IMG/VR virus record: IMGVR_UViG_3300014043_000005
Direction: 5' to 3' (one strand)
Length of the DNA: 64,000 nt
Origin: an uncultured virus (IMG/VR IMGVR_UViG_3300014043_000005)
Taxonomy: Duplodnaviria; Heunggongvirae; Uroviricota; Caudoviricetes
Numbering within the stretch: position 1 is the stretch's first letter; every line of letters begins with the position of its first letter. The position numbers and the translations under genes were made by a program. This document shows, one piece after another, positions 20,824 through 31,959 of this stretch. The notes below the pieces were generated by a model. That model did not search any database. It was not told where the DNA came from and worked only from the letters and a program-made list of their open reading frames with translations.

Positions 20824-21747
20824 TTAGAAGGAAAAGCACGGCACAACGCCATTAAGATCGTCGGCAAGAAAGTTACCAGAGGGATCGCCGGAATCGTAGA
20901 TAAAGAGGAAAGAGCCGCTGCCGGGGGAAGACGAACGCTCCCACCGCCAACTATAAGATGCTTTAATATGAGAACTATTTAATACCGTATTTGGTGAATA
21001 ATTCCGTGTAACCTTATTTTTAAAGAAATAATATTGAGAACCCTCATATTCTATTGCATTATGCCACCAATATGAAGTTTCAACCAGTTCATTATAACTT
21101 ATAAGCCATAGCTTATCAACAGTTGATGAAACATTAGCTTTTTTATAATAAGAACCTGTTGCAGGACCATTATCTGTTATCTTTATAACAGGTGAAATAT
21201 TTGATTGAAACTCTTGTGGCATCAATGTCCATATATCGCCACTATTCATTTGCTTGCGCAAGTCAGTATCACGCCATCCGCCATTTACATAAGTATGGTT
21301 TGATGAAGTAAACATTGCATGAGCTGGAATCTTACTTGCATCTGTTGCCATAAAAGTCAAACCTGCTTTACCTGTTCCATCTGCTTTATCATCATGGTTC
21401 ATTCCAATAAGACGGAACTCCATAGTCGAGCCATTTGTCATTTTCACGTTTCCGCGTTTATCACCATCACCGTATGAATCAGCTAAATCCATATATCTCT
21501 TGAATTGCGCATAATATTTACTATTTTCACCGTTTGCGCTCATATCATTGGCAATTTGTTTCAACTGTGCAGCATTGTATCCATTGCCATCATTTGGATA
21601 ACATACTGATTCCTGTGAACAGTCATGAGCCTGTATTTCTTCCGCGTGTCCGACATGCATGGTTCCAGCTGCAATCATGCATATAGCCGCCGCTGACGCG
21701 GCTATTGACAGCACGCGATGTTTCCGTTGCGCTTTTGTTAAAATCAT
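20824..21747 (-). CDS. DGR target: secreted DUF6273/C-type-lectin-like protein
   Basis: Sec signal peptide (KAQRKHR-hydrophobic-GHA|EE). FRLIGMNHD, GGWRDTDLR, DKLWLISYNE and WWERS-like...GVVPCF motifs. VR at the C-terminus. Confidence 0.88.
   Translation of the reverse strand: MILTKAQRKHRVLSIAASAAAICMIAAGTMHVGHAEEIQAHDCSQESVCYPNDGNGYNAAQLKQIANDMSANGENSKYYAQFKRYMDLADSYGDGDKRGNVKMTNGSTMEFRLIGMNHDDKADGTGKAGLTFMATDASKIPAHAMFTSSNHTYVNGGWRDTDLRKQMNSGDIWTLMPQEFQSNISPVIKITDNGPATGSYYKKANVSSTVDKLWLISYNELVETSYWWHNAIEYEGSQYYFFKNKVTRNYSPNTVLNSSHIKASYSWRWERSSSPGSGSFLFIYDSGDPSGNFLADDLNGVVPCFSF
20830..20950 (-). repeat. DGR variable repeat (VR)
   Basis: Encodes WRWERSSSPGSGSFLFIYDSGDPSGNFLADDLNGVVPCFS. My manual alignment gives 25 substitutions at TR A positions and 1 C>T near the 3' end. 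Confidence 0.95.
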
Positions 21748-21901
21748 AATCCAATCCTTCCAATGTTAACAAGTGTAAGCAAATGGAAATGGAACCAGAT
21801 GAGGTTGGTTTCGGATATGGTGTCATCCGGTTCCATTCGCCAGTGTTTTAATGAATGCAATGCTTATTATTGTTCACATTGCATTCAAGTGTTTTAAATT
21901 A

Positions 21902-24900
21902 TCAATCTTGTTCCTTGTCAATCATTCGGATTCGCCAGATAGTGATTCCAGTGATGACAATGAGTGCAATCAACAGCAGGATGAGTCTGGAGCCAGTCAA
22001 TGGGAAATCAGAAGACCATACTTTATCCAGCACATAACCAGCATCAATATTCGGATGTGATTGATCGGTTTTCACATTCATCCATTGAACCTCAACTGTT
22101 GACTGTGCATAAGTGGACTCATCCTTCTTATCCGTGTGAACATCAGAATCATCCGTTGCATCATGATAAGCATTAGTGTTAGATGAAGCCACGTCGGATT
22201 CAGTGAATGAATAGGATGGAATCTCACTGAACATCACACGATACTTCAATGATGAACATGCATTCATGGTTCCATCCGAATCAATTTCGCCGCATTTCGC
22301 TGATGAACCATCCACATTCTGATCGATTGGCAAATCAGTGAACTCATAGGAACCATCAGCGTTTACTTTCTTCTCATCAATCTTATCCTTCAATGAACCA
22401 TCCGTACTCACTGTCCACAGTGAGACAGCTTTGCCGGCGACAACTTTCTGATTATCCGTGTTAGACAGCTCATCAGCCTGCTGGATACCATCCTTATTCG
22501 AGTCTATCCAATAACGACCGGAAATCGTTCCGAATATTGCGCCATGAGCCTGACCTGAGATGAACACGCCGACTTGATCGCATTGATCCTCATTGTGTGC
22601 AATCGTGGATACAGTGTCCGCAGCATCTTTCGCAGAATCCGTTGTCGCACGATACTGATTGAATGGTTTGCCATAAATGTGTTCATTCACTTCACCGAAC
22701 GCATAACCAGCGCGGCAAGTGTAAGTCGCATCATGAACATCCTGTGTTCCATTGCGTGCAATGCCATCAGTGGTTTCACCTTGCGATTTCAGTACGGAAC
22801 CGAATGATTCCGATTCTGCGTTCCAATCACCAGTCGGATGACCTGCGTTCGCAATGTTCCCAGTGTCCGCAGTGGCATCCCAGTCATTCACGGTTTCAGA
22901 AGGGGCAGCGGGTCCATTATTCACAATGTTTCCAGCATGAGTCCGCGCGTTCGGAGTCTTATCAAATGGAGTTTCCGTGCTCGTGAACCATGCCTGATTC
23001 ACGACATATTTAGCAGCGCCAGCCTGATAAGTCTTATCTGCTTTCATAATGGCGGCATTCTTGTTCACAGTGCCTTCAAACACGAACACAAGTTCATTGC
23101 CAGCCGGAATGTCATATGGAATGCTGTATTCACGTTTAGTCAATGCCGTGCCAGCATCTGTTCCTTCCGGTGTGTCAATTGTGATCATGTTAGAAGTGTC
23201 AACATAATCAGAACCATAGATTTTCGCTTTGCCAATGGATTCCGGTGTAAGATTACCAATCTTATATACATTCCATGAGCCATCATCAGCATCAGCCCTA
23301 TGATTCTTATTGATGTTCGCTCCATCCGAGTAAGCGTCATAACCTGCAACCATGACTTCACCTGAATTCATCGAATACAAGGAATGATTGAAACCGAGAG
23401 CAATCAGGTTCGCGTTCTTCGTTATATTGGAACCATCCACAGTCATGGACACAGATGATCGCGGAGATGGTTTTTCATTCTTACCTACATACACCGGATT
23501 ACCATCTGCGTCTTTAACGGTATCTCCATTCTTATCAACCTCATACTGATTACCGTTCTTATATGCTATTCCGATTTTATCAGAATCAGTTCCAGTCGCC
23601 AGATTACCATACAAATCCAATCCCCATGTCCACACGGCTCCATCTGATTTCACAGCGGCTGAGCTCATGTATCCAGCGGACACGGAAACAAAACCGGTGT
23701 TATCTGATGGTTTAGCAGTCTGACCGAAATTAGAATCACCAGCAGTGATAATGCTTCCAGTTGATGTCAATGCAACCACATGATTGAAACCCGCCGCGAC
23801 CTGCGTGAAACCTGAACCGTACACTGATGATAATGATGGCGCGGATGTAGTAGTCGCGCTTGTCGTGTATTTCGCATTACCATCGGAATCAATGGCCGCA
23901 ATGGTTCCACTGAATGCAGACAAGGAACCAGCATAAGTCTTATATTTAGTGCCGGTATCCACTTGTGTCCATGAACCATTTGATTGCGTGATGAACATGT
24001 TTCCATTACTATCAATGATAACAGTGTAATCAGCGCCAGCCGCGACCAGAACAGGTGTTCCAGCACCAGTAACCGTAACCGGTGTCGGAGTCGCATGTGC
24101 AGCCGGAGTCGAATCATGTGAACCATTGCCGAGCTGACCGGAATCATTCAAACCCCATGTATACAACTTATCACCGCAAATAGCCGCTGAATGCATGCTG
24201 CCGGTGTCCGCAGAAGTGCATTTGCCTTCAATGCTGGTTAAAGCATTCGTGGATGGTTTCACAGAGTCGCCATTATCAGATGCTTTACCGACCTGACCAT
24301 ACTTATTGTATCCCCATGAATACAATTTGTCATTCGCAAGGACAAGAGAATGATCGCCATCCGTGAACACTTGCGCGGTGCTTTTCTTCAATGCGCTCAA
24401 ATAGGATTTCACATCCTTAACCTCATTGCTCATCGTATCAACAAGTTTAGTGTTTCCATTATTCGCATGAATGACAGTGTTGCCATTATTCTTCACTGAA
24501 ATCGCATACTGGATTGTACATTTGCTTCCAATGCATGCAGTGTTAGTCACTTGTTTGTTCACGGCGGCGAGCGGATGCGGCGCGTAATAACCATAATCCA
24601 CATTCGGACGGTCGCCTCCAGCGGGAACATTAGCATCAGTTGACCAATCATGCGCCGCCCGCTCGCATTCATCGCCATCAGACGGCTGCTTACCGTTCGT
24701 GCAACCGGAAATGCTGTCATATGAATAAGTGTTCGCAACCTGCCGTTCCGTATTATAATAATCCTGTGATTTATCAATACGAGTCGGAATTGCATGGTTA
24801 ATGATGGAGCCATCTTTACCATCGGTTTTGCCAGCATTGTCCGCACGGGACACAATGGTTACATAATCACCGGAATGAAGTTCAATGAACTTATAACCAC

Positions 24901-27900
24901 CCTTCCATGCTTTCTTAACAATGGAATCAGCGTCAGTTGTATTCATGTAATCATTTTTCCATCCGGTTGAATCATTCTCAACATCATCAGCAGTCCATGT
25001 ATGCATTGTGCGCAATGCTTTAGAATTATGATTATCACCGCAGAATTTATGAGTCATCGTTGATTGCTTGCCGCCAACTGTGATGTCAATGGTTCCATCG
25101 ATAATATCGGACTTATTGCAGAGAACCACTTTCACGTCCGGTATTCTCTGTTCATTGTCATCCATGTATGCATCGTTGGAATCATCCCACCAGAGAGTGC
25201 CGGAGAGAGTGCCTGCGACAACCTTGTTTACATCAGCCCAGGGTTGAGTGTTCTCATAGGTGCCTTTCTTACCATCGGTGCCAGCATTGCAATCAGCGGT
25301 TCCATTGGATTCAAGACAGTTCCGCCCAATCCATGCGACATACTGTTCACCGGAATGATTAGCGTTCTTATACGCTTTCGGGCTGGAATCAGTATCCACA
25401 GGTGTAATGGTTATCGTTCCATTAGCGGCTGCGACAGGCAGTGTTTCCGAACCATCCTTAATCTTATCAAAATGTGATTTAATGAGAATCGCGTTAATGT
25501 TCTTCTTATCATTATCCGATAGAGCATTCCATGATTTCCATGTGTAATCAGCAGGATTATCCGAGTTCTTATTCTCATTACCAACAGCATACATGAATTC
25601 AACATCAGTGCTGTTATTAGTTTTTACTTCCGGTTCAGCTGTCAGTTCCCAGCCGCCAGTGTAATCACTGGAACCCCGATCATACTCATGCCATGAGCAG
25701 TCAATACCAGGCATGTTGTTCTTGTTATCACCGATTCCTTCCGTGTTCACTTCTGTCTTACCATTGGATTCATAAATGCATGTGTTCTTACCGATGTTAG
25801 CGGAACCACCCATGATTTCATCATTCAATGCTGGCATGCGGACAACTGTCTGCACATAATCATTACCAGCATAAGCGGAACCACGAGTGAACACATTGAA
25901 ATTCCAATTCATGGAATCATTCACTTCCACGGTGTTCCCAGCTGTGATCTGACCGCCGCTGTTCTTCTCATCACTGATTGTCATCACATTGCTTTCATTA
26001 GCCGGACCCACATTATTATGGTTGTAAACCGGTTCCGCATTCGCTTTGTTGATGTCATAAGTCAGTTCAGAGGTTGTCGTAATGGAACCAATTGCACGAT
26101 TGGATATATCCGCAGTCCATTTGATTTCAGGGAAATGACCATTACCATCAGCATCCAATGCCGGGACATAACCATCATCCGGAATGTTCAATGTGAATGT
26201 GATACCTTGAACATTTCCTTTATTATCGGTTTTAATGTCCGCAGTCCATTCCTTGGATGCACTGGATGCGTTAATGAGTCCAGTTGACGGGTCAACTTTC
26301 ACTGTGACTGTCGCACGGGTGATTGTCGCGTTTGAATACGCGATGTTCTCATAATACGGTTGAATCGTGTAAGTCGCTTTATCACCGGGTAGTGTAATGC
26401 ATGCATTGGATTCAGCGTTCCCATGAACAGCATCGCAATTATTAATGACTTTATTGCCGAATGATGGACGAGTAGCAGTTAGTTTATTCGTGATTGATGC
26501 TTTCGGATCACCGACTTTATCAACATTATAGCAAACCGATGAACGACCAGACGCACCACTGTTCACGGAACCATCAACAACATCACAGACATTATTCAAT
26601 GAACCATTCGCAGTGCTTGCTATTTCCTTCAAATCAAACTGGAGATAATAATTATCACCAGCCTGATAATCCAAACCATCATGCAATACCACGCGGACAG
26701 CTGTGATTTTATCCCATTCTGATTCAGCAGGAATACCAGTATTCCATTCAGCGGTTTTATCACTGGAGCTGGATACATTAGTGTCGCCAATGCTTCCATT
26801 GCCATCAATGCTTTCATCCTTATTTTCGCCGCCGGTCCAGTTCAAATGGCTTGCCGTCCATTGGAAAGTGTAATCAGATGTGTTCAGTTCGCCATCACCG
26901 TAATCATCCGTATTATCATTGTTTCCGGTGAATGAATACACGCCATTGCGCTTCATGAATACATGGACATTACCACGGAACACCTGTTTTGCATTATCCC
27001 ATGAATCGGACACCGTGAATAATTTCGGAGCTGGATTCTTAGCACTGTTTTGAATACCAGCGCTGACAGTTGCACGAATCATCGTTCCCTGTGAAACATG
27101 ACCGCGATCGGATGAAACAATATTCTTACCTGATAGGAATGTTTTGTGTCCATTTGAACCATTTTCATCGAATGATTTGCTTTCATCATCGAAAATGGTT
27201 TTACCATTCGCATATGGTTGTTCAAGTTTCTTATTGAATACATAGCAATCCGTTGTGTCGCTATTGCACGGTGGAACATAAGTGTGAACCGTATCCGAGC
27301 GGCGGATTATACCACGGGACCAGTCATTGTTCGCATATGGATAACCGCGCATACTTCCAGTGTTCTCACTTTTAGTGCTTGTATCCCTATCAGTGTCCCA
27401 ACCGGGTTCACCGCCATGGCCCTGATTCATCATGACTTTCTCATCGGTTCCAGCAGCGAACACATATTTATCCGGTATGATGCGAATTGGAAGATAAGCA
27501 TTGGAACCATTTGATTTCAATGCAGATAGTTTGGAATCAATGTTTTCATTAACAGAGCATTCTTCCGTATAGGATTCGTCATCCTTTACACCATCCGGTT
27601 TCTTGCATGTGTAACCGATTTCAGATGCTGGAATGCTCCATGTTAATTTCGCTTCACCTGTCATAACATCAGTCGGCGTGTAAGTCAGTATTTTACCGCC
27701 ATTGCCGATTTTAGTGTTTCCAATAGTGAATACAGTGCTTGCAGGCCATGCGGTCGCATCAATTTTAATCGGACGATCCGGCGAAGCCCATGCGCCGGAT
27801 GCGGTTGTTCCCAGTGATGACCATCCTTTGTAAGCAAGTTCATTATCACGCTTAATGTAAAATGAACCAGTATAATCACCATCTGAATATGCATCATCCT

Positions 27901-28708
27901 TAGTATTGCCGTCGCTTAATTCATCATATCTTTCCGAACCATAACGATTATGCGGATCAGCGCCATTATCAAGATATAAATCACTATTCGGAGCTGACAC
28001 AACGGTTATCGGATCGGATGTTGATGTGTATGATGAGCCACCTTTCCTGGAAACCGTCATTTTCACAGAATTATTCGTTTTCACGGTTCCATTTGTATCC
28101 AATGCGGACAGGAACACCTTTTGTTCCACGCTGGTTGATACGCCAGCAGGAACGGAATAGGTGCAGCCGAGTTCAGGTTTGGACTCATCAACCCATTTAG
28201 CGCTCACCATGTTATTTGATGAGCAGAATGAACCACCGCTGATGAGTTTCAAATATTTTACATCATCCTTGGAATCATTCCATAATGAATCGAATTTAAC
28301 AGTGATTTCACGCTGTTTAGCAGCAGTGAAAGTCAGTTTAACATTATATCGGACTGTATCGCCTGATGCTACAACATTGTCATCAGGCGCGTTATCACCG
28401 GGAGTGAAACCATTCTCCTTCGTTATGAAAGTATGAGAACCCTTCTTAGGAGTCCATTTCTCATCATCATTCTGAATGCCATCATTATTCTTATCACCAT
28501 CCCAGCCTGTGCCATCCATGATTTTGACTATACTGGCATTAGTGTAAGGATTCGGTCTCTCAGTCGCTTCAGCGGAGTGCCCCCCGTCGTGTGTCATCAT
28601 GAATCCAGTGAAACCAGCCGCGCCGATAGTCGCCACAAGCAGACTGATTCCAATGGTTTTTAACCATTTATTATGTGTTTTCATTTGTAATCCAATCCCA
28701 TCAAACAT
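21902..28708 (-). CDS. Giant sortase-anchored surface adhesin (RCC1/BLIP-II-like repeats, SdrD-B/Cna-B-like domains)
   Basis: Signal peptide; WG.N..GQ.G repeats; two SG..W.DSN.D domains; C-terminal FPLTG followed by a TM helix and charged tail. Confidence 0.85.
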   Translation of the reverse strand: MFDGIGLQMKTHNKWLKTIGISLLVATIGAAGFTGFMMTHDGGHSAEATERPNPYTNASIVKIMDGTGWDGDKNNDGIQNDDEKWTPKKGSHTFITKENGFTPGDNAPDDNVVASGDTVRYNVKLTFTAAKQREITVKFDSLWNDSKDDVKYLKLISGGSFCSSNNMVSAKWVDESKPELGCTYSVPAGVSTSVEQKVFLSALDTNGTVKTNNSVKMTVSRKGGSSYTSTSDPITVVSAPNSDLYLDNGADPHNRYGSERYDELSDGNTKDDAYSDGDYTGSFYIKRDNELAYKGWSSLGTTASGAWASPDRPIKIDATAWPASTVFTIGNTKIGNGGKILTYTPTDVMTGEAKLTWSIPASEIGYTCKKPDGVKDDESYTEECSVNENIDSKLSALKSNGSNAYLPIRIIPDKYVFAAGTDEKVMMNQGHGGEPGWDTDRDTSTKSENTGSMRGYPYANNDWSRGIIRRSDTVHTYVPPCNSDTTDCYVFNKKLEQPYANGKTIFDDESKSFDENGSNGHKTFLSGKNIVSSDRGHVSQGTMIRATVSAGIQNSAKNPAPKLFTVSDSWDNAKQVFRGNVHVFMKRNGVYSFTGNNDNTDDYGDGELNTSDYTFQWTASHLNWTGGENKDESIDGNGSIGDTNVSSSSDKTAEWNTGIPAESEWDKITAVRVVLHDGLDYQAGDNYYLQFDLKEIASTANGSLNNVCDVVDGSVNSGASGRSSVCYNVDKVGDPKASITNKLTATRPSFGNKVINNCDAVHGNAESNACITLPGDKATYTIQPYYENIAYSNATITRATVTVKVDPSTGLINASSASKEWTADIKTDNKGNVQGITFTLNIPDDGYVPALDADGNGHFPEIKWTADISNRAIGSITTTSELTYDINKANAEPVYNHNNVGPANESNVMTISDEKNSGGQITAGNTVEVNDSMNWNFNVFTRGSAYAGNDYVQTVVRMPALNDEIMGGSANIGKNTCIYESNGKTEVNTEGIGDNKNNMPGIDCSWHEYDRGSSDYTGGWELTAEPEVKTNNSTDVEFMYAVGNENKNSDNPADYTWKSWNALSDNDKKNINAILIKSHFDKIKDGSETLPVAAANGTITITPVDTDSSPKAYKNANHSGEQYVAWIGRNCLESNGTADCNAGTDGKKGTYENTQPWADVNKVVAGTLSGTLWWDDSNDAYMDDNEQRIPDVKVVLCNKSDIIDGTIDITVGGKQSTMTHKFCGDNHNSKALRTMHTWTADDVENDSTGWKNDYMNTTDADSIVKKAWKGGYKFIELHSGDYVTIVSRADNAGKTDGKDGSIINHAIPTRIDKSQDYYNTERQVANTYSYDSISGCTNGKQPSDGDECERAAHDWSTDANVPAGGDRPNVDYGYYAPHPLAAVNKQVTNTACIGSKCTIQYAISVKNNGNTVIHANNGNTKLVDTMSNEVKDVKSYLSALKKSTAQVFTDGDHSLVLANDKLYSWGYNKYGQVGKASDNGDSVKPSTNALTSIEGKCTSADTGSMHSAAICGDKLYTWGLNDSGQLGNGSHDSTPAAHATPTPVTVTGAGTPVLVAAGADYTVIIDSNGNMFITQSNGSWTQVDTGTKYKTYAGSLSAFSGTIAAIDSDGNAKYTTSATTTSAPSLSSVYGSGFTQVAAGFNHVVALTSTGSIITAGDSNFGQTAKPSDNTGFVSVSAGYMSSAAVKSDGAVWTWGLDLYGNLATGTDSDKIGIAYKNGNQYEVDKNGDTVKDADGNPVYVGKNEKPSPRSSVSMTVDGSNITKNANLIALGFNHSLYSMNSGEVMVAGYDAYSDGANINKNHRADADDGSWNVYKIGNLTPESIGKAKIYGSDYVDTSNMITIDTPEGTDAGTALTKREYSIPYDIPAGNELVFVFEGTVNKNAAIMKADKTYQAGAAKYVVNQAWFTSTETPFDKTPNARTHAGNIVNNGPAAPSETVNDWDATADTGNIANAGHPTGDWNAESESFGSVLKSQGETTDGIARNGTQDVHDATYTCRAGYAFGEVNEHIYGKPFNQYRATTDSAKDAADTVSTIAHNEDQCDQVGVFISGQAHGAIFGTISGRYWIDSNKDGIQQADELSNTDNQKVVAGKAVSLWTVSTDGSLKDKIDEKKVNADGSYEFTDLPIDQNVDGSSAKCGEIDSDGTMNACSSLKYRVMFSEIPSYSFTESDVASSNTNAYHDATDDSDVHTDKKDESTYAQSTVEVQWMNVKTDQSHPNIDAGYVLDKVWSSDFPLTGSRLILLLIALIVITGITIWRIRMIDKEQD

Positions 28709-28717
28709 GTTTTGATT

Positions 28718-28769
28718 TCCTGTTATTAATAATATCAGATAAATCCTGTTATTAATAATATCAGATAAA
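28718..28769 (+). repeat. 26-bp tandem duplication in the adhesin leader
   Basis: TCCTGTTATTAATAATATCAGATAAA x2. Confidence 0.9.
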
Positions 28770-29189
28770 ACCGGTAATCAGAACTTTCAATCAGAATCAT
28801 AATTATACTAATGATTATCCCATGATATGCAATGAAAGCAATGTGGTCAATCCATGAAAAAATGGGAATTGGCGACGAACCGGCGTTAACAAATTGTCGT
28901 CAATTCCCTGCATGCATTCTGTAAGCATTGCATACAGGGGATGAACGGTTAATGGATATGTAATGGATATGGTTTGTTCATCCCACTGGATTATTCACAG
29001 GGGAACAATCAGAATTGATATTCCACTGTGAATCTGAACACTATTATATCATTCAAACGGAATCAAATCGGAAACATATCATGAACACAATGAATATGCT
29101 CTGAACATTACGTATGATAATCAAACCATGATAGTATAGAATAATGGCGTTCAATGATGACATTTGCATTCATTGAACGCCATTGGAAA

Positions 29190-30329
29190 TCAGTTAATCT
29201 TACCATACCATACTTTACCATCCGGTCCGCATGTCTGCACATATTGACCGCCATCATCAACGCCATATGGTTTGCCGTTGATGTATGTAGCCTGTTGCCA
29301 ACCGGAAACGGAATGATTCTGACCGTTGATGTTCACGGAACCCTGACCCCAGAAACTGGAACCACCGGAGCTATTATGAATCTGATAATAAGTGGAACCG
29401 CCAGCTGTCGTCATTAAATTCATGACGCCATAACCATTCCTGTCAATGTTTGACTGGCATGCCGCGACATTAGAACCATCACATGAACTGCCGACACTGT
29501 AACCATTGGAACCACCGCTGTATGCGCCATATGAACGGCTGGAACCACCGGAATAATATGAACCGGAACCATTGGATACATTGGAACTACCATAATATGC
29601 AGTCTGCTGAGCGGCGGCCTCCTCGGAGGCGGCTTTTTCCGCTGCAATCCTGCCAGCACGCGCCTGAACAGCCCCATTCACTTTATTCATCGCGTCATCA
29701 ATTGTCTTGCCGGACGCTTTCATGTTCACGATTGAACGCTCCTTGATTTTATTGCCAGCGTCAGCCAATGCGTTCTGCAAGGTTTCACGGACGGCATTAT
29801 CATCCACGTTATTCTCACTTAATTTCATGAGAGCATTGCCATCATCAATTTTCTTCTGCAATGCTTTACTCGCATCATCAATCAGCTTATTCTCATGAGC
29901 AAGTTCAACTGTATCCATGCTTGAATGCAATGAACGTGTGAGACGCGCCTGTATGGTTGCAGTGTCCTCATGGGATGCAATCCATTCCTTCAGTTCCGCA
30001 TAATTCAACCGCTCCAGATCACTGCCCGTTCCATCATCGGTTAATGACTGTCGGGCGTTCACTGCGATTGAATGCATTGCAGCCATACTGATTTTACCAG
30101 CGTCCAGTACATCCTTATCAGTGTATTCGCGCTGCTTGCTTTCTGCGTAAGAATCATACGCTGTTTTCAGATAGGTTCTGCTTGCATTGATTTCATTCTG
30201 CATTTCAATTGCCGTCTGACGGGCACTCAGGATACTTAAATCAAATACGGTGCCAGCGCCGACACCACCGACTGACAGGGCGAACGCGGCAAATGTGCTG
30301 ATTGGGCGCAGCATCATCGGGATAATCAT
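29190..30329 (-). CDS. Exported coiled-coil protein with Ser/Gly-rich linker and small C-terminal domain
   Basis: Hydrophobic N-terminus, Ala-rich helical middle, SG-rich linker, Cys-containing C-terminal domain. Confidence 0.75.
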   Translation of the reverse strand: MIIPMMLRPISTFAAFALSVGGVGAGTVFDLSILSARQTAIEMQNEINASRTYLKTAYDSYAESKQREYTDKDVLDAGKISMAAMHSIAVNARQSLTDDGTGSDLERLNYAELKEWIASHEDTATIQARLTRSLHSSMDTVELAHENKLIDDASKALQKKIDDGNALMKLSENNVDDNAVRETLQNALADAGNKIKERSIVNMKASGKTIDDAMNKVNGAVQARAGRIAAEKAASEEAAAQQTAYYGSSNVSNGSGSYYSGGSSRSYGAYSGGSNGYSVGSSCDGSNVAACQSNIDRNGYGVMNLMTTAGGSTYYQIHNSSGGSSFWGQGSVNINGQNHSVSGWQQATYINGKPYGVDDGGQYVQTCGPDGKVWYGKIN

Positions 30330-30885
30330 ATTGCTTTCCTTCCAAAATTAATTGTTCAGTTAATGTTCGCATATGTTAACAATTATTCTCATTACGACGC
30401 GAACAATCACAATGTTATCACATGATCTCTAAATGTGCAAATATCATTATTGCAAGAAAACATTGTTAACCAACATTGAAATAACATTCTTGTGAACCGC
30501 ATGATTCCAACGATGCAACCGCTTGCACCGGAATGATAGAATGCATGCATGAGCACAAGAAAAATTATATTTGCAATTGGTCAAAACTCATGGCGTGTCA
30601 TGGATTAAACATGCTAATTTCCTTCTAATGAAAACATACGATTCAACACGAATGATTACGGTATGGAAACATTTGCTATCATATTGTAATATTGCCTTCC
30701 GCATTTATTAGCATTATGATGATTTGCTTGCATATGCATTCAATTGCAAACATACTGTGAATGTTTCAGCATTATATTGCGTATTCATATTTGGTTTCAT
30801 GAACACATACATGAACCAGCATTCATCACTGGTTCATGCAATATCGGAATTATTGATAAAATTAGAATATCAGATGATGAAAACA

Positions 30886-30925
30886 ATTAATGGGATGAGT
30901 GATAAAAAAAACTCATCCCATTAAT
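30886..30925. terminator. Hairpin terminator
   Basis: ATTAATGGGATGAGT-loop-ACTCATCCCATTAAT. Confidence 0.65.
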
Positions 30926-30945
30926 ACTATTTTTTGAACCTGATT

Positions 30946-31713
30946 TCATGCGTTCATGTGAACAGCATGATTATCCTGTCCGGCATCAGATTGTCCATAA
31001 TCATCATTCTCATCATTGGCTTCATCCGTGTTCGCATTGGCATCATTGTTCACTCGGTTCATGATGCGTTCACTGTTCACTTGCCATGCTGATAGAATGG
31101 CAATCGGGCAGGGGATAGTGAACAATGCGTTCATGTCATCAGCGTTACCACCTGTGATGCGTCGGATGAGATTATAATCATCCATTGATTGCGGATTCGC
31201 CATCATCATACTGTCATTTGACTGCATGCCAGTGCGGATGTCATCAATGAATGCATCATATTCATGTTTGCGCGCGTTCAGCCGGTATAAGTTCCTCACG
31301 CAAGCCCAGAGCCATTCATTTGAAAGCAATGATGCCATGTCATATGAATCCATTCGCCGGATGATACGGTGAATGATATTCCGTGAATGATTCCGTCCCG
31401 TTGACTCATAAGGCATCCATTTCACCATTGCCTTATAAGCGTCCGGGTTCTGCAATAACAATTCCACGGCGGTGAGTTTGATTTTTTCTTTATCCGGTTC
31501 GCTTGTCAGATGCCATGAATGGCATACAGGGCATTCATACGCACGGGTTTCCCTTTTCGCTTTCTTCCTGTATCGTGTTCCAATGAGTTCCACTGCGGTG
31601 CGATGCAGGTTAATCCAATCCAATGCGAGCATCGCATCCTTCTCGGATGCATAGGACTGTTTACCGCTGAATTCGCATACGCCGGTTTGCAATTGTTCAA
31701 TCCATTCGCTCAT
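30946..31713 (-). CDS. Hypothetical protein with N-terminal zinc-finger-like motif
   Basis: C..SGK..Y.SE..A...RAYECPVCHSWHLTS, a motif seen in small phage proteins. Confidence 0.7.
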   Translation of the reverse strand: MSEWIEQLQTGVCEFSGKQSYASEKDAMLALDWINLHRTAVELIGTRYRKKAKRETRAYECPVCHSWHLTSEPDKEKIKLTAVELLLQNPDAYKAMVKWMPYESTGRNHSRNIIHRIIRRMDSYDMASLLSNEWLWACVRNLYRLNARKHEYDAFIDDIRTGMQSNDSMMMANPQSMDDYNLIRRITGGNADDMNALFTIPCPIAILSAWQVNSERIMNRVNNDANANTDEANDENDDYGQSDAGQDNHAVHMNA

Positions 31714-31959
31714 AATTTTTCATCCATGTCCTTTCCATTTTTCTCTTGCTTTCATGTCTCCCGTTAACAATTATATCGCCGGGATGCTTAAAATGATAGC
31801 ATATTATCGGAAAACAGGCAAAACCGGCATGTTGAACTTTCAAAACCATGCTTAGAACCTACCCCACCCTGTAATTCCCTCTAAAAAAGCAATTAAAAGG
31901 GGCATGACAAGCGGGGAATAATGTAAACATTGTGAAAACAATGGCAATCATTGTTGCGT

